A stretch of 64,000 bases of DNA from NCBI RefSeq assembly GCF_000150275.1, contig NW_002060947.1, positions 7,921,880 through 7,985,879 of the forward strand, written 5' to 3'. The notes beneath the pieces were generated by a model that worked only from the letters and a program-made list of their open reading frames with translations, was not told where the DNA came from and did not search any database. Below are positions 54,786 through 64,000 of the stretch, in pieces. Both the position numbers and the translations under genes were made by a program. Positions within the stretch are counted from its first letter, which is position 1. Each line of letters starts with the position of its first letter. This stretch comes from Trichoplax adhaerens. Taxonomy: Eukaryota; Animalia; Placozoa.

Positions 54786-55483
54786 TTGACTATTGAAATA
54801 GAGTGACAAGGCTTCGCTTCTCTAACTATTACTATATTGAACAAGAGAAATCATGCAAGATACCATGACCTTGTGACAGTACTTGGAATGTACGATGCAT
54901 TCCAAAGTATTAAAACTATTCCAATAGAAATAGATGAAAATAAATATTAAAATGAAGTGGGAGATGATGATTCTAAAATTACGCAAGGTGCCACACGCTG
55001 CATTTTCTAGATGATGCGTGAAATGCTAACGTTCGAGGATAGGAGGAATGACCTATTTTCATTCATTCTATCCATAGCGCGATTTATGCCTAGTAGTGCA
55101 TTCAGATTGAATTTTTAGAAAACGTGTTTTGTATTTCAGATTGGAGTGGGATCGTCCAAGGTGAACTATCTTCGCATTTCGAAGTGACGAAGAAGGAAGC
55201 TGCAAAGGACTGGTATGCAGTCAGCATCTCGTCTAGACTAGATTTCATCGAGTAAAAGACGAGTCCAGTCGTGAGTCGTTGACCAGCTCTCAAACTTTCC
55301 TGTACTTAGGATCGAGTTTCTATGGAGTGTCAAGGACGATCTCCGCGGCGATACAGTTACGGCAGTTGAGTCCAGTGCTGGCTACAGTTACTCCGTATCG
55401 GCAGAGATGTTGCCAGTATACTGTACTGTAGTGCGGCGCATTACGCCACAAGTATGGTCTAGCCACAACCAATTAACCGGGGA

Positions 55484-55980
55484 ATCCGTCCATCCGGACG
55501 CGGTCAGCTCCTGGTCCCGTGATCTTGATTGACTGTACAGTACTTAGTACTGTATACCTTGTTACTGTGCTTCGTATGACATCTTGCGTATTCTATTCCT
55601 TGTTTGACAAAGCTGAAGCGGTACAGACCGTACAGACCGTACAGTACACTATTGTGCACTAGAGTCTTAACGTCTCTACTGTACTGTACTGTGCACGACA
55701 GCGCAGCCGCCAGTATAAAAGCAAAAGGACAAGCAAGAATGACATCCGTCCGTCTGGACAAGGTCAGCTCCTGGTCCCGTGATCTTGATTGACTGTACTT
55801 AGTACTGTAGCGTAGCGAATGAAAATGCTCTACTACAGTACTGTACTGTGCTGTACAGTACTGTACAGTACTGACTTGTGCATACTTAGCTGAAGCGGTG
55901 CAGTACACTATTAGCGTCTCTACTGTGCATGACAGCGCAGCCGCCAGTGTACAAGCAAAAGGGCAAGCAAGAATGGCCTT
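55484..55980. repeat. GC-richer ~250-bp direct duplication rich in TACTG/CAGTA pentamers, upstream of the Slob-like gene
   Basis: GGTCAGCTCCTGGTCCCGTGATCTTGATTGACTGTAC at 55502 and 55762. GACAGCGCAGCCGCCAGT.TA.AAGCAAAAGG.CAAGCAAGAATG at ~55697 and ~55931. Confidence 0.9.
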
Positions 55981-56402
55981 ATCACATGATAACACGGTCG
56001 TAGACAATAGGCTCAGCAGAAAGAGTATCGTAGATACGACTTGGATGACCCCTTATCGATAGCGATAGATATAGATAGTCTTGGCCCGATACAGGAGAGA
56101 GTGTTGCAAAACAACTTGTTTATTGGTAGAAGAAATTGGAAAATGATTCTAATTGAACTGGACTTGATGTTCCATGCGTGTTAATGGACTATATCAGAGC
56201 GAGACGAATCTGATGCAATGATCGTCACGACCTTGTTGAGAAAGAAAACGGCTGATGGCAACATGAGTGTACTGTAGTAAACGGAAGATTAATCAGCAGC
56301 TTTAGCTTTTACAAATTGAATCCTAAAACCATAATTGACCTATAGCTATCAACTATCCAATAGACGTGTATTATTACCATCAAACAAGTTGAATATTTCA
56401 CC

Positions 56403-59400
56403 ATGGAACTTGCTATCGTTTGGGTAAGGGATGGAATGAAACAATCGATTTATGATCTTGAATGATTTATTTTTTATTTTTTGTTACAATGAATCACTTG
56501 GCTTTCATTTAGAGAGGAAAGATAATATTGCAATAAGTCAATATTTCATGAATGATGGCATACACTGCATAATTATGATGTATTTTCTGATGATGTAATA
56601 CGTTGATAATTTACTGATAGGTTTTCCTTATCATAGCCAGTGGTGTAATAGTAGGAGGTCTTCTAATTGCGGCAATCGTATATCTAGTCGTTGTCTGCAA
56701 AAGGTTTGTAAATTCCATTGAATATGCGTGCGATATATAGCTACCAAATATCACGCTAAATATTAATGTATACATACTCGTATCATGAGAAATGACAATT
56801 CGCGCTATACGAAATGGTAGCGCCGATAGGATTATCAGATAGCGCCCAAAAAACAAGGACTGCGTTTTATTTTACGAATACATAGTGAAGATGAATCACT
56901 ATCGGTAGTGTAATTCACAATAGACGTGAAACAAATCCTTCTGTAGTTTCTTGATGATATTACCAAAGAGAAGGTTTTGAATATCGGGTATCTGTACTAC
57001 TACATATAGTTGATTATCACTTCCATGATAGATAAAGTGCCTTTTTTATGAAAGCGGTCGCCGTCATGTTACGTAGTCATCGAATACAAACATGCTTGTT
57101 AATTGAATGATTCCATATGGCTCGTATGATGTAATCTATCCGGCTGTGTATGATATCAACAAAGGTCCGACCTTGTGGAATCTTAGTTTAGGAATAAAGG
57201 CCGGAGACACAACAGATTCATTTGATACTTTCACTTTATCGAAACAACTGCAAAAATCAACTTGTTTAAGATATCAACACACCAATGTACTGTACAGTGT
57301 GCATCCTGCAGCTTAGATCGTTTGTTTCGTTGTAGAAACTGTAAATCATGCTTTCCTTACTATACGCAATACAGTGGAGAAAGCAATTGGATAAAGTCAA
57401 TCGCTAACCTTTGCTATTTGTATCATAAATTTAGAAGAAAGGATCGTATCACTTTTATTGCATCAACCGATGAAACTGTTCGATTTGCTGATAAATTACA
57501 TAATGATCAGCTTCAAGAGCAAATTAGTAAACAAGGTCATGATTAACTACTTGTAATTTTATATGCTGATTGCTTTATTAAATGTTGGCAAATTTGATTG
57601 CACCATAAATAGATGCGGCTCTGCTGAATGCCCAGTTCTATCTGCGCTCCAACACCTCATTTATATTTGTTAAGGAATTAGTCGAAATTGGTGAGTTAAA
57701 AAACTTACAGTTGTTTCTGCTAGTACAGTAGAATACTTGACGTAATTTTCCTTGACGTCCAACAACTTTTTCTTAATGCACGGAATTCTAGGCGCTGATA
57801 TTGATATCTACTGGTACGAAGTACGACACAGAAAATTACAGGGTTCATGCCTTTTAAAGCTATTAAACAAACCCAAACACATAAAGTTTCCTTTTACCTC
57901 TGAAACTGCAAATTCCTTGGATGAATTATTCACTTCTTTGAACGTAATGATGCAACTTGTATAGCAATAATGATACTGCAAGGCTGTAATTGATTGCACT
58001 TGTTTTCAAAAAGCTTCGATTTATTTTACATCCATTCAGAACTGATTAGGGTATTCCACTTATTAGGCATATAAATTACATGTGCATGCTGTTTAATTAA
58101 TTATAATTTACTTGATCTCGCTGTAAATTCATTTTTTATCCATTGATATTTATTCATACATTTCATTGACAGCATGATCAATATTTCAATTCAATAAGGA
58201 CATTAAAGCGTCAATTAATTTAAATCTTTACTCAGCTCAAATTGATCTTCTTTGTTAGCATCCTTATATTTGGCCCACTACCAAATTTGACTTCATGGTG
58301 AAGTACAATAAAGTGATTTTAATTCAACCCTTTTCTACTCAAGGTTCCTTAAAAGACGTCATTTATCAAGTATGCATATAGATCAGTTGTTAAATTGATA
58401 GTAATTTCTAGCTTCGTACAATTCATGTAAATTAGTTGAATTATATATAGATATCTGATAGCATTTATCGTAAGCACAAAAATACGTAAAATTTATATTG
58501 ATGCGGCAGTTATAGGTTAATTTTTTTAAGATAAATAACTGTATTGCGGTAGATTCATTTTCTGGTTAGTCTTTAGAATTACGTTGATATTCGGTTGTTC
58601 CGTGATATTTCAAAGCTAATTTTTTGCCAAAGATCAAGCAACAAGTAACACTTTGCTGATCCTTAACTGTTCATTACAATTTTTTGTTGCTATAGGTTGA
58701 TCCACGTAGTACCTGGGGAACTAAATATTGTCGTAAAGGGAAAAAAATATCGACAAACATGATTAAACGATATGGAAGACAGATCTTAGAGGTTTGTTAG
58801 ATTTTAACAAGCTTAAATCAAGACCTTTATTACTAACGAAAGATTTGATAGTTAGCATGAATACATAGCTACAACCAAAACGATTGCATTGTTATTCAAC
58901 ACACAAAAGTTATAATGGATTGTGATATCTTTAGGCAATATTATACTTGAAAGATAACGGATTTACTGTACATAATAATATTCACTCTGGAAATGTTATG
59001 GTAGAAAGAGGAAATTGTCGGTAAGTAATCCATTAATATGTATTAGAGAACGCTTTAGGAGGTACCCTTGTGCCGGTAGATCAGCAGCAATACCAATTAA
59101 ACCTTGAATAAAGCTAAATAATTCCATTGTAGGCTGCTGGGCTACCAGGATTTCTTATTGCGTAGAAAAGCCCGTAACCACTCTCTGATTAGCCAATATG
59201 CTAAAAATAAATCGGAGATTTATGATGTATTACTTTTTGGTAAGGAAATGAGAACTGGCTTTATTTTTTAAATCCAACTTTAAGGGCAAATGAATTGGCT
59301 TATATCGATATTCATACCTATATTTTCAGGTCATATGCTATATGAAATGATATTTGGCTATGAATTACAGACAGGAATGCCTTCTGTAAAAGATCTTCAA

Positions 59401-60860
59401 AGATGCAAGAATGAAGAAAAATCGAATGTAAATAAATATGGATTCGATTTTGATTTAAATTTATAGACATATTCACATATTGTGAAATTCACACTTTGTT
59501 ATAAATATAAGGATTATAATAATGGTTTTACATTACAAATTTATATAGATACTAGAATTCACCTTTGGCTTAAACAGTGGAAATATACCATCATTTCAGA
59601 AGGTGCTGAGATGGAATATGCGTATTTAGAATATATATAATCTTTCTTCAAATGATTTGCGTTATAACACAAGATTTATTTTTTATTTTTTTTTAAGTAA
59701 TTTCTTTTATTTTAGCATAAAATGATTTGATGTAAATAAGCAATAAGTAACGTTACGACTCCTATTTCAATTTATTCAGTTGGTTACACATACATTTTTT
59801 GCTGATGTTGAACTTGAAGAATTAAAACAACGTTACGGACAGGTAAGTCATAGTATGATCCTTTCAATAACCGTGTTTATAAATGAATTAATTGGTTAAC
59901 GTAAATTGTTGTCGAAGTCGTAGAACACTATATGTAGAGCGACTCGTATTTCAGTAGACATGTATATTATATTATCGAAATAGCAATGAGAATTTGTTTT
60001 CACAAATCTTTTGCACAGGTTGATATCAAAGAAGATGCACGAATGATACTAAATCTTGTTAATCGCAGGAGGAGCTCAAAAGGAAGGTAAATTCGAATTA
60101 CAATTGAAATTTGTAGTCTTTTAAATAACTTGATAGGTACCCTGATGTAGGATCAATTGATCCTAGCATTGCAATATGACTAATATCTGTATCGTTCGTT
60201 ACTATTTGTAAGGGCTCAACCTGCAGTACATACAACTATCAGCAATCCTGGCTTAAGCTCTCTTGTCGAAGATGACACAATATCTTCTATGACCTCAGAG
60301 TGAGTAGATATATCATTCTAAATGTTTTATGCATTAAATTACCATAGCTACAAAGGAAGTTTACGATATGACGCTTTAATCGCAGGGTTGAAACTGTTTC
60401 ACAACGATCACAGCCAGAACCTGCTCCGGACCCAAGGGCAGATCTCATGGCTAGCATTGCCGCAAGAGTTAGGAGTATGGCTGCTTCACCTTCTAGCCCA
60501 ACAGCGTCATCGCCTGTATCAGCGGCTACTCCATTAAATTTTTCACAACCTCAGGAAACTTCGTCAATGGTGACAACGCCAATAGCTTCCCCGCTACTTC
60601 CAACAATACCCAAATTACATAAATCGACTACACCAGTAGCTCCTCCATTGCCACCTCAAGCACCAAAAGCCCCCAAATCGACTATACCAATAGCTCCTCC
60701 GATGCCTCCTCCGGCACCTAAATTACCAAATGTTGAATATAAATCGACTCCTCGTCCAAAGTCGGCAGGAAAAGATACCATGGCTCTTCTTAAAGATATT
60801 CGCAAAGGCTCAAAGTTAAGGAAAGCCGTTACCAACGATCGAAGTGCTCCAAAAATCTAA
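56403..60860 (+). CDS. Slob: Slowpoke-binding protein / PXK-family pseudokinase with N-terminal TM helix, Pro-rich region and C-terminal WH2 (15 coding exons)
   Basis: Exons 56403-56423, 56621-56703, 57435-57535, 57613-57690, 57792-57943, 58259-58369, 58696-58791, 58935-59020, 59133-59239, 59330-59427, 59549-59602, 59780-59842, 60019-60086, 60213-60299, 60386-60860. Motifs HPYIWP..IQPFSTQGSLKDVIY, RYGRQILEAILYL, NIHSGNV, DVLLFGHMLYEMIFGYEL match Slob/PXK kinase-like domains. The C-terminus ALLKDIRKGSKLRKAVTNDRSAPKI is a WH2 motif, as in PXK. The first three exons are less certain than the kinase-like core. Confidence 0.85.
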
Positions 60861-63117
60861 TTGTTATTACCACCGTTATTCGATTGCTGTAGATGGGAAT
60901 TACAGTTGAATTATTGTTATGCACGTCAATGACGGCACAATTTTAAAGCCAATGGTACAGAAATTATCTAATTGTGCGGTACGAAAATCTCGTTAGTTTG
61001 CACTATATCCATCTAGTATCATGCTAATGTATAATATAGAAATTATAATAGAGTTAGTAATTGCAACCTGATGAAATATTCTAATAATGGAAAAGTGAAA
61101 GCTCTCTTCGTGTGATGACTCGTCAAATTATTTATTCTGATTGTACGGAAGTCTACATGTGTTTAAGGTAGTTTAGCAGCTGGCAATGGCATTGTAATTA
61201 TAAGGCAAAATTTGTCGCTAATTATCAATTTGAAATGTGAAACATCAGATGTGTGAAAATAACATTTATTAACTGAATTATAGGATAGCTTTAGATGATT
61301 TGCTGTTTCTACTGTAGTAAATGATTTCTAGGCTATTTTGACGTAAATATACGCTTATACATGTAGAATTAATAAGATGAATCGGGCAATATTATTGAAT
61401 GTTCGAATGTAATGTCCAATTGCCCGTTGATACAACAATTTTTGATGTTTTCTTGTATCTAGTAGATTTTATATGGAAAATTGTGTAAATAAATTCTCTG
61501 AATAATTGATCAATCTTGCACACCTGGTAATTGTTTTAACATCTTGCACTCATCAATATATAGACCCGCAGTGTCCATAAATTGCGTACTACGTCTATAA
61601 GAATAAGTTATCTTCTTCATCTATCATAGTTTATGTATACTGTTTTAGTCATGGCAACGGAGTCCTCATTTCTATCTTATTTAGTAGGGAAGGCTGCTAA
61701 TTGTAATCGGTATATAATTGTTAGTGAGTTTAACTTTGAAGGTGGAATCTTTGTTGCTACTGTATTGAATGATAGCTACCCTTCATATCCAGCAATAATA
61801 CATTTGCAGTATTTACAGATTTAAAAAATTGGGGATAATTTCAATCCTTTTTTGGGGCGCATACATGGTGCTAACGTGTAGATTTTGGAATCTGTCAAAG
61901 ATTGCTATACTGTACTGTACGTTGGCTAAGAGTTTGGAATAAATGAGTTACTATACAGACTCGGTATTTATACTGGAAACTTCGGGACAGTGGACAATAA
62001 TATGTTTCTCCATTTTATAGCTGTCGTATAGACAACAATGGACTAAAATTTCTGTTGAAGATGCATTTAACTTGCATGAATGGAGCTCTCAATTGTTCCC
62101 ATTCTACAGCAATATACCCCGTTTGCATAAGCTTTGACTTGAAGGTCAATAAGATGCAGTAATGATGGAAGATTTCGACTATAGACTATTGACCTTGCTA
62201 CTGTTGCTATAATAGCATTGAAATGCTAAAAAACAGTAGGTTTGCCAATGTTTTTATAGGCTAAAAAGGATAAAACCTCAACCTGTGTTCAAATTTGCCC
62301 AAGACTGTCTCCCCTATTGGATGATATTGATGTGGACTAGCTGCTTCTTTTTCAATCATGATTTATTGAACGGTTCCAAGCTACGTCTAGACAGTGATGG
62401 GTGGTTTTCTACCTACTGACAGAATTCAGTAATACAACTTGTATTGGTAACTGATAGTTTACTGTCGAATTAACCTGTAAATAATTTATATAGTAGGGTT
62501 TGATCGCCTAAATGAATTCATTAAATAAGAATGACTTGATTGTTGCTGCGCCATTGAAATCCGATCAGGTCTAAGGTGCGTTGTCTCAAGGTGCTCGAAG
62601 AAACGCTGCTATTCTACAGTACTCGGTACTGTACTACCACAGTGGCCATGTGCAATGCGCATGCCTTGTAGTGGATGACCTGGCGACACTGTACTGTACG
62701 TAATGTACAGTAGATGGTTGTAGTTGGGCATCCTACAGTATACTGTGTACAGTACACACATACTGGAGAAGTGGGCATTTGATAGAGAGACTGTAGAAGT
62801 TGTTCAGATACGTATGAATTTCATCAAGAGACTGTAGCGTAGAAGTTCTCGTAAGGCCCCCTTGCAAGTCTCACTGCAGCCAAAGGGGAGCAACTCGAAG
62901 CGCTGACCTGAGAGACCTAGAGAGCAAGTCCAGTCTCCCGGTGGTTGTATCGTTGGTGGGTGAGACGTCACATTTGCGTCAACCGTGCCCGTACCCTGAC
63001 ACTCCATACAGTACGTACAGCAAACTAGGCTGAGGTCTGACTTCAACCTGGCCTGACTGCCTTGACTCTGGTCACATTAGTAAGACAGTGCCAGTGCACG
63101 ATGTGCGCACGCCATTT

Positions 63118-63307
63118 ATGACGACCTCCATCTCCTTTTTCCATTCCTTGGTTTATTTAATTGGAATCTATATCTCAGCTGGTATTTATTGGATTATTAC
63201 TCATCCATTGACATCCTTGTTAGGTCTGGTCTTGTTTTTGATTATATGGAAACTTGGAAATTGGTTGACAGAACCCAATTGGAACATGATAGGCAAAAAA
63301 TTTGACG
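63118..63307 (+). CDS. Probable first coding exon of an unidentified membrane protein (gene would continue past the window)
   Basis: ATG at 63118 downstream of a GC-richer island. Encodes MTTSISFFHSLVYLIGIYISAGIYWIITHPLTSLLGLVLFLIIWKLGNWLTEPNWNMIGKKFD (two hydrophobic segments) and ends at a good phase-1 donor G|GTATGT. A compatible acceptor TTTCAAG|GT lies at 63984/63985. Confidence 0.5.
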
Positions 63308-64000
63308 GTATGTAGGCTGCCAATGATTGATTGATTCATGCGACGCTAGTTATCGGACTTACTGATCCATGGAGATGGAGTAGAGAGATCGATCAATAAT
63401 TTCAATGCCAAAGAGAAACTCTCAATCCTCTCTATGTTTCGATGAATCACGGACTATTGCCTTAGTTTGATTGATTTGAGTAATAAAATTGCTTTAGGTA
63501 GAGTTTTTACATCGACATGAAAGGATCATTTCTAGCAGGTTCATGCTGAGTATTCTGTCTACACAAAATTTTGTACGCATTCACTGTCTTTTGTCAACTT
63601 CAATGGCAAAAGTCTTGCCAATAGTAAACATTGCAGCTACAGACTGTATCATCTTCTCAACCATCGTAGATTACACGCGATAATGAGAAATCATGCTATC
63701 AGTATTGAATAGTATGGATCGAGTTGATAAAAGGAAAGTAGCCATGGATAGCCAGGGATAAGCAGACTGCAATACTGTACTGTACTCTAGACCTAGAATA
63801 GTACTGCAGTCGTCACGTATGGAGGCTAGACGTTCATCTTGATCAATTCGCTTATTGTCACGTATAGAGCTTAAACAACCTCCAAGTGTTGTCATGAGGT
63901 TATCAATTGCTTCGCTCTTACAGTCAAATGGTTTCCTTCAGCATTAGATAGGGTGTTATTGATCCATTAATAAATACTTTCAAGGTGCTGCATGCCAATG

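Noticed and set aside
43844-55300. Short ORFs or transposon remnants upstream of plexin 2
   Set aside because: No transposase or reverse transcriptase motifs, terminal repeats or exon chains could be identified by eye.
55504-56007. 167-aa minus-strand ORF
   Set aside because: It is a by-product of the pentamer-rich duplication: low-complexity translation, no ATG start, no domain.
57107-57434. ORFs 57107-57316 and the 5' part of 57262-57546
   Set aside because: They lie within the inferred intron 2 of the Slob-like gene. Only 57435-57535 has phase-compatible splice sites.

Overview
AT-rich eukaryotic (animal) genomic DNA with short GT-AG introns. The style is most consistent with a placozoan such as Trichoplax; this is an inference, not verified. 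Five complete intron-containing genes can be assembled by hand: PTPDC1 (-, 14 coding exons), plexin 1 (+, 11 exons), NDUFA12 (-, 4 exons), plexin 2 (-, 30 exons) and a Slob/PXK-like pseudokinase with an N-terminal transmembrane helix and C-terminal WH2 (+, 15 exons). The probable first exon of a sixth, unidentified membrane-protein gene lies at the right end. The two plexins point towards each other around NDUFA12, and each has a 12-13 kb upstream region without recognisable coding sequence. Most notable: (1) the plexin paralogs show reciprocal, block-wise intron differences (0 vs 16 introns in the cytoplasmic domain; 5 vs 0 in the IPT-TM region); (2) a 2.4 kb locus head-to-head with NDUFA12 is built from tandem ~285-bp fold-back units, a 125-bp array and further inverted repeats, a candidate hairpin-RNA locus; (3) the Slob-like pseudokinase appears membrane-anchored; (4) one plexin 1 splice donor looks non-canonical. 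No rRNA, tRNA, CRISPR array or coding transposon was found.
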